NCBI GenBank assembly: GCA_016218805.1
Contig: JACRCW010000127.1
Location: 1 to 51,156 of the forward strand
Length of the DNA stretch: 51,156 nt
Direction: 5' to 3'
DNA from: Deltaproteobacteria bacterium
GTDB taxonomy: Bacteria; Myxococcota; JACRCW01
The position numbers and the translations under genes were made by a program. Under the pieces are notes generated by a model. It was not told where the DNA came from. It saw nothing but the letters and a program-made list of their open reading frames with translations, and made no database searches. Below, piece by piece: positions 9,762-20,540 of the stretch (positions are counted from its first letter, which is position 1; each line of letters opens with the position of its first letter).

Positions 9762-12737
9762 TCAATACTGGAAGCGCATGCCGAACGTGAAGCTGGTGGG
9801 CGCGCTGCGCCCCAGGACCTGCCCGTACTGCGTGGGGCTGCCCGCCGGGAGGTTGCGCTGCTCGTAGGAGGTGACCGTGCGCAGATTCAGCACGTTGTCC
9901 ACGTCCGTGATCAGGGACAGCTTCAGGCCGGTCAGTTCCTCGGCATCCCACTGAAAGCGGGCCTGGCTCAGGAACTGGTCCGGCATGCGCAGCTCGCGGC
10001 CGGGGTGATCGGGGTCGTAACCGCGCGGCGCGCGCATGTCCGTGTAGTCACCGTAGAAGTTGTTGAGGTACAGCTTGTTGTAGGGAGCACCGGACAGGTA
10101 GCTGAACATGCCGCCCACGGTGAAACCGAGCGGCAGGTGGTAATAGCCGGCAATGCGCAGGATGTGGCGCCGGTCAAACTCCAGGAAACCGAACAGGTAG
10201 GGGAACTGCTTCTCCCGGTCAAAGGCCACGGAGAACGGCGCGTTGGTGGTGCCGCGGTTCACGCCGAATGCGTAGTTGATGAAGCCCTCAAACCGGTCGG
10301 TCAGGTACTTCCGCAGGGACACATCAAAGCCGTAGTAAATCTGGTAGGCCTCGTCCGGTGTGCCCAGGCTGTAAATGTAGTCCTTCTTGCCATTGCGGCC
10401 GTCCACCGCGTCCGAGCCGTCCGCGTTCCAGATAAGGTTGGTCTCGGTGTCGTCGTAGAGGTTGGTGTAATAGCGCAGGATGCCGTCCACGTTGATGGAC
10501 ACGCTCTCCACGATCTCCCGCGTCACGCCCACCACCAGTTCGTCCGTCTTGGGGACGTGTTCACCGGTGAAGATCTGCAACGGCGCCCAACCCTGGACGC
10601 GAGGAGCCCAGGGCCGGGACAGGTCCACGTCCTTGGCCGCGGGAAGTTCAAACGGGTTGAACCCGCTGAGTTCATTCTTGACCACAAATCCGCTCTCCCC
10701 GCCGCTTTCCGTGGACGGGATATCGTACTTGCCGGTGACGGGGTTGTACTCGTAGCGGCGTTCGCGCTTGCTGCGCCCCACGGCGGAGGGGAAGAACAGG
10801 TAACCCGTGTCCGTGTAGCGGTTGAGGCCGGCGTGGAGGACCGTCTTGCCGTCCATCAGCGGATCCCACGCAATGCCAAACCGCGGCGAGAACACGTTGA
10901 AATGAATCACCGTGGAATCAAAGAAGCTCTTGAGCCCGTCCTTCTGCGCCCCGAACCACTTGTCCATGCCGGTCACCTGCGGGTCCGCCAGCACTTCGTC
11001 AGGTGCGGAGTGGTCATTGCGCATGCGCGAGGAATCAAACCGGAGACCCGGCCGGATGGTCAGGCTGCGGAACGGCTTCCACATGTCCTGGACGTAGAGG
11101 CCCATCGTGTCGCCGTTGATGAACGCGTCCTGCGCCGCGATGACGCGCGTCTCATAGAAGGGCGTGCCGGGCAGGTTGGGATCATCAACGACGCCGGTAT
11201 CCGTGTAATACCGGCCGCCGGGCCGCGAGTCATAGATGCGCTGCCACGACAGGGCCAGGTCCGCGCCGACCTTGGTCTCGTGGCTGCCGAGCACGCGGTC
11301 CCACAGGACCACCAGCTGCGGCGAATACTGCAGGCGGTTGCGGGTATCCCGGTACAACTGGTTGAAGTTCTCCGTGTCAGTGCCCATGGACTGGTTGCTG
11401 CGGCCCGGCGTGTCAAAGTCACCGCTGGCCGGCATCACCTGGATGTACGAGGAGAACATGGCCAACTTGTTCTTCAACAGCACGTGCTCGCCAATGCTGG
11501 TGTCCGACGACACACTGAGCAGTCCGCCGCCCTGCATCTGCGTGCCCTCCGCGTCGGGGTGCACGCTGGGGTCCTGGCGCTCGTTGAGGATGGACGTGGG
11601 GTCGCCCTGCACCAGCACCTGGAAGCGCTGCCACGGCGTGGCCTGGTAGGTCAGCTTGGCCAACCCGTAGTAGCCGCGGAACTCGCGCGGCACGCCCCCG
11701 GCACCGGGGAACGCACGCGGGCCAACGGACGCCTGGTTGTAGACCACCTGGTTGGACACAAAGAACCACAATTTGTCCTTGATGATGGGTCCGCCCACAT
11801 TCAGGTTGGCCTGCATGGACTGGTATTCGGAGATGGGGTCATCCTTCCGGTAGATGCCCAGGCCTTCCGGGAGGAAGCGCGAATCACCGCTGAGGAGCTT
11901 GCGCCGGCGCAGTTCCGAGGTGTCCGGCTGGTAATAGATGGAGCCGTCTACCGTGAACTTGTTGCCGCCGCTCTTGGTGACCACGTTCAGCACGCCACCC
12001 ATGGCACCGCCGTACTCCGCGTCACGCCCGCCGGTGAGCACTTCCACCTCTTCAATGGCGTCAAAGTTGAGGTTGCGCGAGAAGGTGTTGCTGTTGGGGT
12101 CGGTCATGTTGATCCCATCCAGCAGGTACTGGTTGCTGAACGGATTGGCGCCGTGGACCACGGGGTTGCCCCGGGCGTCCGAGTCGCCCTCGCTGGGCGC
12201 GTCCTGCACGCCGGGAACCATCAACGATGCGGACTGGTAATCCCGGTCAATGAGCGTGTTGGCCATGAACGACTGGTTGATGGACTGGCCCATCTGCGTG
12301 CGCTCGGTGTCCACCACCGTGGGGCGCGCCGTGACCACGACCGTTTCCTGCGTCTCCGCCACCGGCGGCTCCAGCACCACGTCCACCTGCGCGGTGCCGC
12401 CGATGGTGACGATGATCCCCTCCTGGCGCATGTCCCGGAAGCCCTCCGCGGTCACGCTGACCGCGTAGGTGCCCGGCGGCAGTTCCGTGAAGCGGAACTC
12501 GCCGTCCGCCGTGGTGGCCACGGCCTTCTTGCCCTGTAGCGCGGGGCTGGTCACCTCCACGCGTGCGGCCTCCACCGGCAGCCCCGTGGGATCCACCACG
12601 GCGCCATTGATTCGCCCCGTGGTGGTGATGGCCAGCGCGTCCGCGCCCGCTACCACCAGCGCCACCGCCACCCCGAGTTTGACGTAGTTCCGCATGTCCG
12701 TCCCCATCCGTCCGAGCAGGTTCGACCGGGTTGCCAT
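9762..12737 (-). CDS. TonB-dependent receptor, Oar-like, with an N-terminal carboxypeptidase-regulatory-like domain
   Basis: Signal peptide, TGRINGAVVDPTG..V.VTSPALQG, plug NQYLLDGIN..D...GG.DAEYG...GGV.NVVTKSGGN, terminal GMRFQY. Alternative start at 12695. Confidence 0.93.
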   Translation of the reverse strand: MATRSNLLGRMGTDMRNYVKLGVAVALVVAGADALAITTTGRINGAVVDPTGLPVEAARVEVTSPALQGKKAVATTADGEFRFTELPPGTYAVSVTAEGFRDMRQEGIIVTIGGTAQVDVVLEPPVAETQETVVVTARPTVVDTERTQMGQSINQSFMANTLIDRDYQSASLMVPGVQDAPSEGDSDARGNPVVHGANPFSNQYLLDGINMTDPNSNTFSRNLNFDAIEEVEVLTGGRDAEYGGAMGGVLNVVTKSGGNKFTVDGSIYYQPDTSELRRRKLLSGDSRFLPEGLGIYRKDDPISEYQSMQANLNVGGPIIKDKLWFFVSNQVVYNQASVGPRAFPGAGGVPREFRGYYGLAKLTYQATPWQRFQVLVQGDPTSILNERQDPSVHPDAEGTQMQGGGLLSVSSDTSIGEHVLLKNKLAMFSSYIQVMPASGDFDTPGRSNQSMGTDTENFNQLYRDTRNRLQYSPQLVVLWDRVLGSHETKVGADLALSWQRIYDSRPGGRYYTDTGVVDDPNLPGTPFYETRVIAAQDAFINGDTMGLYVQDMWKPFRSLTIRPGLRFDSSRMRNDHSAPDEVLADPQVTGMDKWFGAQKDGLKSFFDSTVIHFNVFSPRFGIAWDPLMDGKTVLHAGLNRYTDTGYLFFPSAVGRSKRERRYEYNPVTGKYDIPSTESGGESGFVVKNELSGFNPFELPAAKDVDLSRPWAPRVQGWAPLQIFTGEHVPKTDELVVGVTREIVESVSINVDGILRYYTNLYDDTETNLIWNADGSDAVDGRNGKKDYIYSLGTPDEAYQIYYGFDVSLRKYLTDRFEGFINYAFGVNRGTTNAPFSVAFDREKQFPYLFGFLEFDRRHILRIAGYYHLPLGFTVGGMFSYLSGAPYNKLYLNNFYGDYTDMRAPRGYDPDHPGRELRMPDQFLSQARFQWDAEELTGLKLSLITDVDNVLNLRTVTSYEQRNLPAGSPTQYGQVLGRSAPTSFTFGMRFQY

Positions 12738-12762
12738 GTGATTCGCTCCGTTCGCCTGCCCC

Positions 12763-15700
12763 TCAGGGCTGCAGCGTGAGGGTCAGTTCGTAGGTGGGTG
12801 CGTCCGCGGCCGCGTAGCCCAGGATGACCAGGTCCAGGACCGCGCCCGCCGTCACCGGGAGCAGCACATCATCCGCGCCGGGCGTGACCGAGGCGCCGTC
12901 CAACGTCAGGATGCCGCCGCCGTCGTACGTGCCGGCCTGCACGCTGGCGTCAAACGCCGCCAGGTCCGCGGGCCCGGTGAACGGGAGCAAATCCCAGTCA
13001 TCCCCGGCATGCCCCCAGCGCAGCGCAATGGCCAAATGCCCGCCGGCCAGCGCCTCCACGCGCAGCAGGTCCATATCCGTGCTGCCAAACAGGCCCGCGG
13101 CACCGTCGCGGTTGGTGCCGCGGAAGGTGATGGGCTCGCCCGGGTAGAGGCGGAAGGCGGTGCCTGCCACCGCGTCATTGGGTTCGGATTCCACGGGCAC
13201 CAGCATCACGCTCATCCGCCAGGCGACATTGGGCGTGTAGCCGTTGCCCACCACCGAGAGGCGCTGCCCCGCCGTGACGGGGATGGTGACGTCCTCCACG
13301 CCCGCATCCGCGCTGAAGCCCGGCACGCTGCCGTCCGCGCCCAACGCGGGCAGGTAGCCGCCGTTGTCACTCCCGCCGCTGAACCAGGCCTCAAAGGCCG
13401 CCAGGCCGGGCGGCGTGGCAAACGGCGCCACGTCGTAATCATCACCGCCGTTCCAGGTGGCGTGCAGGCTGAGCCAGCCGTCCACCGGGACCAGGAAGGT
13501 GAAGATGTCCACGTCCGCCGCGCCAAACACCCCGGGCTCCAACCCGTTGTTGGTGCCGTCCAGGATGACGGGGACCGCCACGGGCAGCACGCCCAGGTTC
13601 TCGCCAATGCCGCTGCCGTTGGGCTCGGACTCCGGGAGGCTGGGCAGGTATGGGCCGGTAGACTCGCACGCGTCACCGGTGCCGTTGAGGTCCGTGTCCA
13701 CCTGCGTGACGTTGGGTATGAGGGGGCAGTTGTCGGACCCGGTGCAGCGCGCCTCCGCGGTGGCCTGACCCGGATCGCAGATACCGTCGTCGTCGTCGTC
13801 CGGGTCGCACGCGTCGCCGTCACCGTCATCATCCGTGTCCACCTGCGTGGGGTTGGCCGCCAACGGGCAGTTGTCCACCCGGGGCGAACCATCCGCGCCC
13901 TGGGCGCAGTGGGTTGCGGTGGCGCCGTCCGCGCAGATCCCGTCATTGTCCGGGTCCTGGCTGTCACAGGCGTCACCGCCGGGGGTGGCGGTATCCGTGT
14001 CCTCCTGGGCGGGATTGGACAGGATCACGCAGTTGTCCAGGGAGTCCGCCACGTCGTCACCGTCCAGGTCCAGCGCGGCGTTGCACGCGTCACCCACGCC
14101 GTCACCGTCGCGGTCAGCCTGGTCCGCGTTGGGGATGGCCGGACAATTGTCGTCGCAGTTGGTGGTGGCGCCTCCGGTGCAAGGATGATCGCCCGGCGTG
14201 CCGCTGCCGTCGCCGTCGTCCAGGATGGCGTCGGTGTCCGAGTTGTCGTCACACGCGTCCCCGCGGCCGTCCCCGTCCGCATCCGCCTGCGCGGGGTTGG
14301 GGTCTGACGGGCAGTTGTCCGCCAGGCGGTTGCCCTCGGCGTCGCGGGCGCACCGCGGGTTGGACGGCGCGCCGGAGTCGCACACGCCGTCGTTGTCGCC
14401 ATCCAGGCCGCCGCAGTTGGCGCCCACCATGCACGCGTCGCACGCGTCGCCCGCGCCGTCATTGTCCAGGTCATCCTGGGACGGGTTGCCGTCCGTGGCG
14501 CAGTTGTCACACGCGTCCGCCACGCCGTCCCCGTCCAGGTCCAGGTTGCCGCCGTTGAGGACGGACAGCGTGTAGTCCACCTGGCCGCTGATGCCGTCAC
14601 CGCGGGTGAGCGTGACGGTCACCACCGTGTTCTGCGGCACCAGGAACGCCCAGGTGCCCACGTCCAGTTCCACCGGCGCGGGCGTGGCGTCCAACGCCAG
14701 CGCGCCGGCGCGCGGCTCGGCGGCGTCCTCGGACAGCAGCAGCAGGAACGGCAGCGCGCTGCCGGTCGTGAACTGGTACTGGTCCGCGGTCTCGGCCGCG
14801 TCATTGAGCAGGGACCCGGCCACGTTCACGCGCTCATGCATGGCCAGCGCCGTGGGGGCGCCGCTGCTGCCGGCGGACGGGATGAGTTCGGGCGTGGCGT
14901 CGTTGGCGCCCGCCACCGCCTCCGCCTCCACGTACACCGGGAGCACCACGCGCGCATTGGGCTGGCCGGCGCATTTGTCCGTGGCGTTGGGCAGTCCGTC
15001 GCCGTCCACGTCGTCATCACACGCGTCGCCCAGGTCGTCGTTGTCCTGGTTGGCCTGGTCGGGGTTGGGCACGCCCGGGCAGTTGTCATCGCAACTGGTG
15101 GTGCTGCCATTGCGGCAGGGGACCAGGCCGTCACCCTCATTGACCCCGTCTCCGTCGCTGTCCGGGTCGCAGGCGTCGCCGCGGCCGTCGCCGTCAGCGT
15201 CCGCCTGGTCCGGGTTGGCCACGGACGGGCAATTATCCAGGATGGGACCGCCCAGCGTGCTGGGCAGGTCCGCCACATCGTCACCATCGGCGTCGTGCGC
15301 CGTGTTGCAGGCGTCACCCTCGCTGTCACGGTCCCGGTTGGCCTGGTCGGTGTTGGCCGCCTCGGCGCAGTTGTCACAGGCGTCGCCCACGCCGTCCTCG
15401 TCACCGTCCGTGCCGGTCAGGCAGCGCCCGTCGCTGGTGCAGGCGCGGCCGTTCTGCAGGCAGTCCGCCACGCCGCCGCAGGTGGGCGGAGCGTTGGCGG
15501 TGACGGGGCAGTTGTCGCACGCGTCGCCGCGGCCGTCGGCGTCGTAGTCCAGTTGGCCGTTGCAGTGTCCGGACAGGCATGCGCCACCGGCATGGGCGCA
15601 GTCCGCGTCGGTGCCGCAGGACGGGCGCGCGTTGGGCCGACCGGGGCAGATGTCGCAGGCATCGCCGGCTCCGTCCCGGTCACTGTCCGCCTGGTTGGCG

Positions 15701-18639
15701 TTGGCGCGCAGCGGGCAGTTGTCCGCGTCGTCCAGCCGCCCGTCGTTGTCGTCGTCGGTGTCGCAGGCGTCGCCCACGCCGTCGGACTCGGCATCCTCCT
15801 GGCCGGGGTTGGCCATCGCCACGCAGTTGTCGCACGCGTCGCCAATGGCGTCGCCGTCCTGGTCGGACGGGCCGCTGCACTTCCCCTGGCGGCACATACC
15901 GGCGTGCGCGGCCGCACAGTCGGAATCCTGCGCGCAGGCCATGAGCACCTCAGTGACGGTGGGGCAGCGGTCACACGCGTCCCCCACGCCATCGCTGTCG
16001 GCGTCCGCCTGGCCCGTGCAGTAGCCGTCCGCGCCGCAGTCCCCGGCGTTGAGCTGCGCGCAGGCCTCGTTGCCCGTGCAGGCGGGCGGCGGGTTGGACA
16101 GCCCCACGCAGTTGTCCTTGATGTCCACCACGCCGTCCAGGTCCACGTCCGGGTCGTCGCAGGCGTCACCCTGGCCGTTGCCGTTGCCGTCCAACTGGTC
16201 GGGGTTGGCCGTGACGGGGCAGTTGTCATCACAGTTGGCGGAGGTCCCCGAGTAGCAGGGCGCATCCCCGGCGGTGCCGGAATGATCGCCGTCCTCAGGC
16301 ACGCCGTCACCGTCGTCGTCAGCGTCGCACGCGTCACCCAGTCCATCTGCAGCCTCGCCCAGGCCGCGGTCGCTGTCGCGCTGCTGGGTGCAGGCTCCCC
16401 CGGGGCCGCAGGTGCCGGCGCCCGCGCAGTCCGCGTCCGTGGCGCAGGCCGGCGGGGGGTTGGGAACGCGGCGGCAGTCGTCGCACGCGTCCCCCACCCC
16501 GTCCCCGTCCTCGTCCTCCTGGTCGCTGTTGCCCGCCGCAGCGCAATTGTCGCACGCGTCCCCCAAGCCGTCCTGGTCCGCGTCCGCCTGACCGGTGCAC
16601 GTCCCGCCCGCGCAGCTGCCCGCGCCCAGCGCGGTGCAGTCGGAATCACCGCTGCACGCCGGCCGGGCGTTGGCCAGTCCCAGGCAGTTGTCATTGGCGT
16701 CCAGGACGCCGTCGCCGTCGGCGTCCGGGTCGCACGCGTCGCCGTGGCCGTCCGTGTCGGTGTCCACCTGGTCGGCGTCCGGGGAGGCGGGGCACAGGTC
16801 GCACAGGTCACCCACGCCGTCATGGTCCTGGTCCGCCTGCGCGCCGGCGCCGGTGCCGTTGGCGTGCGCGGGGCAGTTGTCACACGCGTCACCCACGCCG
16901 TCGCCGTCCGTGTCCGCCTGATCCGCGTTGGGGACGGACGGGCAGTTGTCCACGCCGTGGCAAGTCGTGTCGGCGGTGCCCGCCACGTCGCACAGGCCGT
17001 CCCCGTCGTCGTCGTTGGTGCACCGGTCGCCGACGCCGTCACCGTTGGTGTCCGCCTGGTCGGGGTCGTTGTCATCCGGGCACACGTCACACGCGTCCCC
17101 CACGCCGTCGTTGTCCGTGTCCGCCTGGTCGGCATTGGCCAGCAGGCTGCAGTTGTCTGAGCAGCCCTCCCGGTTGCCGCTGGTGCAGGGCAACAGGCCC
17201 CCCTCGCCCGGATCGGTGAAGCCGTCATTGTCGTCGTCGTCGTCGCACGCGTTGCCGCCGGCGTTGTGCGCAAACGCCCCGGACCCGTCAAACAGCGCGT
17301 CGCCGTCGTTGTCGGATATGTCCGCGCTGGCCGTGGCCGGGCAGGTGTCCACCACCACGCGAACCAGCTCGCCGTGCGGGCACGGCGCGGCCAGCGGGCA
17401 GGCCAGGCCGTAGTCGTCGTACTCGTCACCGTCACGGTCATCCGCGCAGGCGGCCAGCGCGGAGCCGTACAGCCACGGGCAGGCGGCCGTGGGATCCTGG
17501 TTGCACGCGTCACCCTTGCCGGTGCCATCCGTGTTGTCCTGCGCGGCGTTCCTGACAGACGGGCAGTTGTCACACGCGTCTCCCACGCCGTCCTGGTCCT
17601 GGTCCGCCTGGTCGGTGTTGGCCGCGGTGGGGCAGTTGTCGTCGGGGATGCCGTCGCCGTTCGTATCCAGGTCGGAGACGCCGTCCCAGTCCGCGTCGGT
17701 GATGGGCCGGTCCATGACCAGCCGGAGGTCGCGGATGTCGTCGCCGCGGGTCTGCAGGCGGACGGCGGCCGTCATGGCAAAGTCCGGGGGCGCGGGTGGG
17801 GCGCCCGCGGCAAAGCTCAGCGGCGCGGAGTTGTTGTTGCCGTCGTTGTCGGCGTAGGCAAACAGCCACACCGTGGAGTTGGCGGGCACCTGCAGGCCGG
17901 TAAACACCGCGCGCGCGTGGCCCTCCGGGGTGAGCACGCCCTCCAGCGCCGCCAGCGTGCCGCCCCGCGCGTTCTTGGGGTTGCCCAGCGGGTCGGGCTG
18001 GTAGGCGGGGCGTTCGTCCGCGTAGGCGCCAACGTAGATGTTGCCCACAATGACACCGGCGGTGCCGGTGATCTGCAGCGTGTACCCCAGTGTGCCGGCG
18101 TCATTGGCGAACCGCAGGTGGACCAGGTAGGGCGAGCCCACCTTGGTGAGCACGCGGGAGATGGCGGTCTTCTCCTTGCCGTCCAGCACGTCGAACGCGA
18201 TCACGTTGCTGTTGTCGTCCGCGATCTGTTCCCCGTCGACGAGGAAGGTGTTGACCGCACCGCCGCCCGAGGTGGCGGTCAGCGTCAGCGTTACGCTGCC
18301 CGGCCGGGTCAGGCGGAACACAAAGCGGTCCCGCAGGTCCGTGGCGGCATCCAGGCTGGCGCGCACCAGATAGCCGCCCTGGTCCGGCACCAGGTTGCCC
18401 AGCACCTGGAATCCCGGCGGGTTGTTGGGCTCGACTTCGTCCATGGGCGGCAGCGGCGCGGCCGGCTTGGGCAGCACCGGCTTGAGCGCGGCGTCAATGA
18501 TGACCTCGCCACTGAGCGCAATGCCCGGCTCCTGCGGCTTGGGGAAATCAATGGGCGACTGGCAGCTGCCGCCGTTGCAGCCAACGGCGGCGGCCAGCAG
18601 GAGGACGGGGAGACCGCGGGAAAAACGCGAGCGCGTCAT
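12763..18639 (-). CDS. Giant thrombospondin type-3 repeat lipoprotein (1958 aa) with PPC-like domains
   Basis: MTRSRFSRGLPVLLLAAAVGC lipobox; dozens of DNCP..N..Q.D.D.DG.GDACD repeats; ExEPN-headed beta-sandwich domains at the N-terminus and C-terminus. Confidence 0.92.
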   Translation of the reverse strand: MTRSRFSRGLPVLLLAAAVGCNGGSCQSPIDFPKPQEPGIALSGEVIIDAALKPVLPKPAAPLPPMDEVEPNNPPGFQVLGNLVPDQGGYLVRASLDAATDLRDRFVFRLTRPGSVTLTLTATSGGGAVNTFLVDGEQIADDNSNVIAFDVLDGKEKTAISRVLTKVGSPYLVHLRFANDAGTLGYTLQITGTAGVIVGNIYVGAYADERPAYQPDPLGNPKNARGGTLAALEGVLTPEGHARAVFTGLQVPANSTVWLFAYADNDGNNNSAPLSFAAGAPPAPPDFAMTAAVRLQTRGDDIRDLRLVMDRPITDADWDGVSDLDTNGDGIPDDNCPTAANTDQADQDQDGVGDACDNCPSVRNAAQDNTDGTGKGDACNQDPTAACPWLYGSALAACADDRDGDEYDDYGLACPLAAPCPHGELVRVVVDTCPATASADISDNDGDALFDGSGAFAHNAGGNACDDDDDNDGFTDPGEGGLLPCTSGNREGCSDNCSLLANADQADTDNDGVGDACDVCPDDNDPDQADTNGDGVGDRCTNDDDGDGLCDVAGTADTTCHGVDNCPSVPNADQADTDGDGVGDACDNCPAHANGTGAGAQADQDHDGVGDLCDLCPASPDADQVDTDTDGHGDACDPDADGDGVLDANDNCLGLANARPACSGDSDCTALGAGSCAGGTCTGQADADQDGLGDACDNCAAAGNSDQEDEDGDGVGDACDDCRRVPNPPPACATDADCAGAGTCGPGGACTQQRDSDRGLGEAADGLGDACDADDDGDGVPEDGDHSGTAGDAPCYSGTSANCDDNCPVTANPDQLDGNGNGQGDACDDPDVDLDGVVDIKDNCVGLSNPPPACTGNEACAQLNAGDCGADGYCTGQADADSDGVGDACDRCPTVTEVLMACAQDSDCAAAHAGMCRQGKCSGPSDQDGDAIGDACDNCVAMANPGQEDAESDGVGDACDTDDDNDGRLDDADNCPLRANANQADSDRDGAGDACDICPGRPNARPSCGTDADCAHAGGACLSGHCNGQLDYDADGRGDACDNCPVTANAPPTCGGVADCLQNGRACTSDGRCLTGTDGDEDGVGDACDNCAEAANTDQANRDRDSEGDACNTAHDADGDDVADLPSTLGGPILDNCPSVANPDQADADGDGRGDACDPDSDGDGVNEGDGLVPCRNGSTTSCDDNCPGVPNPDQANQDNDDLGDACDDDVDGDGLPNATDKCAGQPNARVVLPVYVEAEAVAGANDATPELIPSAGSSGAPTALAMHERVNVAGSLLNDAAETADQYQFTTGSALPFLLLLSEDAAEPRAGALALDATPAPVELDVGTWAFLVPQNTVVTVTLTRGDGISGQVDYTLSVLNGGNLDLDGDGVADACDNCATDGNPSQDDLDNDGAGDACDACMVGANCGGLDGDNDGVCDSGAPSNPRCARDAEGNRLADNCPSDPNPAQADADGDGRGDACDDNSDTDAILDDGDGSGTPGDHPCTGGATTNCDDNCPAIPNADQADRDGDGVGDACNAALDLDGDDVADSLDNCVILSNPAQEDTDTATPGGDACDSQDPDNDGICADGATATHCAQGADGSPRVDNCPLAANPTQVDTDDDGDGDACDPDDDDDGICDPGQATAEARCTGSDNCPLIPNVTQVDTDLNGTGDACESTGPYLPSLPESEPNGSGIGENLGVLPVAVPVILDGTNNGLEPGVFGAADVDIFTFLVPVDGWLSLHATWNGGDDYDVAPFATPPGLAAFEAWFSGGSDNGGYLPALGADGSVPGFSADAGVEDVTIPVTAGQRLSVVGNGYTPNVAWRMSVMLVPVESEPNDAVAGTAFRLYPGEPITFRGTNRDGAAGLFGSTDMDLLRVEALAGGHLAIALRWGHAGDDWDLLPFTGPADLAAFDASVQAGTYDGGGILTLDGASVTPGADDVLLPVTAGAVLDLVILGYAAADAPTYELTLTLQP

Positions 18640-18785
18640 GGGGCAGTCCTTGCGGCGCCCCCCTCCCGGTGGAACGGCTTCCACCGTCGACGGGGACACC
18701 GAAAAAGCGAGCGGTCCCTAGCGGCGCGCGCCGAGGAGTGTCAACGCCTGTGCCCATCCGGCGGCGTGGGGCGCAGCGCGCCGGT

Positions 18786-20525
18786 TCATTGCAGGGGGTT
18801 GACGACGCGCACGGTCTGGCCCGCCTTGACCGTGACGGTCATCTGCGCGGACTGCCCCGTCTCCGGGTTGCGGAACTGGACGGCGTGGCGGCCGGCCTCC
18901 AGTTCCATGGAGCCGGGGGTTTCAGCCAGCACCATCTTCCCCTTGACCCACACCTGCGCCCAGCCCGCCTGGTTCACCACGCGGACCACACCGCGGCCGC
19001 GTGCCGGGCGGGGCTCCGTGGGTTCCTCCGGCCGTGGCTCAGACCGGGCCGGCGCGGGCGCCGCCGTGGAGGGGCCAGGCGGGGCGGGCTCAGGCGGGGC
19101 CGGAGCGGGCTGCGGCGCGGCCGCGGCGGGGATGGGGTCCGCCGGTTGGGGCTCCGGCGCGGCGTGGCGTGCGGGCTGCGCGGCTGCCGGCGGGGGTTGG
19201 GTGGGCGCCGCCGCGCGGTTGGCGGTGAACCGCGGCACCAACAGCCCCGCGGTCCCCAGCGCCAGCAGCGCGGCCACCACGGCCACGCCGCCCACCTGCC
19301 ACCACGGCGGCGCGGCCCAACCCGCCGGGTGCGCGCTCTCCGACGGAACGGTGGCCACCGCGGACGGCGGCAGCACGGCGCTGGGAGTGGGCGGTGCCAG
19401 CGGCGTGGGGGTGCCCTGGGCGGTCAGGGTCACCTCCGGCGCCTCCGCGGGCGCGGCCGCGGGCTCCGGGGCCGGGGTGCCCTCCGCGGGGACCACATCC
19501 GCACTGGCCGCCGTGGGCAGGGAGGCCTCCACCCCCGCAAACCGCGGCCCGGTGGCCGGCGCCGGCGCCACGGAAGACGGCGCGGACGGCGTCATGTCCG
19601 CGGGCATCACCGCGGTCTTCTGGCGCGCGCCGGTGCCGAACAGCGCCTTCATGTACCGCGCAAGGTCCAGCTCGTCGTCGTCAGGGGCGCGGCGGTAACC
19701 CAGCCCGCTGAGCGCGCGCTCCAGCGCGCGCATGTCCGGGAAGCGCGCGGCGGGATCACGCGCGGTGGCCCGCAGGAAGATCTCGTCCAGTTCCGGCGGG
19801 GTCTCCGGGACGGCCAGGCTGGGCGGAGACACCGCGCCTTCCAGCGCCTTGCGCAGCGCCACCGGGTCCGGGCCGTCATACGCGCGCCGGCCAGTGAGCA
19901 GTTCATACAGCACCAGCCCGGTGGCGAACTGGTCCACGCGGTGGTCCAGTTCCGCGCCGGCCGCCTGCTCCGGGGCCATGTACGGGATCTTGCCCTTGAT
20001 GATCCCCGTGCCCGTGTGGGTGATGCGGTCGGCCGCCTTGGCAATGCCAAAGTCCATCACCTTCACCTCGCCACCCATGCTCAGCATGACGTTGTGCGGG
20101 CTGATGTCGCGGTGGACCAGGTTCATGCCTTCACGCGTGTGCGCGTAGTGCAGGCCCTTGCACATGTCCGCCACAATGGCGGCGGCGCGCCACGGACCCG
20201 GCGGCGTGCCGGCGTGGAACGCCTGGCGGATGATGGTGCGCAGGTCCCGCCCGTGCACATACTCCATGGCAATGTAGTAGGTCCCCTCCACCTGCCCGAA
20301 GTCGAAGACCGGCACCACGTTGGCGTGCTGCAGCTTCGCGGCCACCTTGGCCTCGTCAACAAACATGCGGACGAAGTCAGGCTCCTCATTGAACTGCGGG
20401 AGGATGCGCTTGATGCACACCTCCTTCTGGAAGCCGTCCGGCCCGGCAATGCGCGCCAGGAACACCTCCGCCATGCCGCCCAGCGCGACACGCTCCACCA
20501 GTTCGTAGCGTCCGAACTCCGCCAA
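18786..20525 (-). CDS. Membrane Ser/Thr protein kinase (Hanks type) with a PEGA-like C-terminus
   Basis: LGGMAEVF, VCIKR, HRDISPHN, DFGIAK and YMAPEQ are intact; TM helix; TTG start with a GGGGGAGG RBS. Confidence 0.95.
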   Translation of the reverse strand: MAEFGRYELVERVALGGMAEVFLARIAGPDGFQKEVCIKRILPQFNEEPDFVRMFVDEAKVAAKLQHANVVPVFDFGQVEGTYYIAMEYVHGRDLRTIIRQAFHAGTPPGPWRAAAIVADMCKGLHYAHTREGMNLVHRDISPHNVMLSMGGEVKVMDFGIAKAADRITHTGTGIIKGKIPYMAPEQAAGAELDHRVDQFATGLVLYELLTGRRAYDGPDPVALRKALEGAVSPPSLAVPETPPELDEIFLRATARDPAARFPDMRALERALSGLGYRRAPDDDELDLARYMKALFGTGARQKTAVMPADMTPSAPSSVAPAPATGPRFAGVEASLPTAASADVVPAEGTPAPEPAAAPAEAPEVTLTAQGTPTPLAPPTPSAVLPPSAVATVPSESAHPAGWAAPPWWQVGGVAVVAALLALGTAGLLVPRFTANRAAAPTQPPPAAAQPARHAAPEPQPADPIPAAAAPQPAPAPPEPAPPGPSTAAPAPARSEPRPEEPTEPRPARGRGVVRVVNQAGWAQVWVKGKMVLAETPGSMELEAGRHAVQFRNPETGQSAQMTVTVKAGQTVRVVNPLQ

Positions 20526-20540
20526 CGCGCCCTCCCCCGC

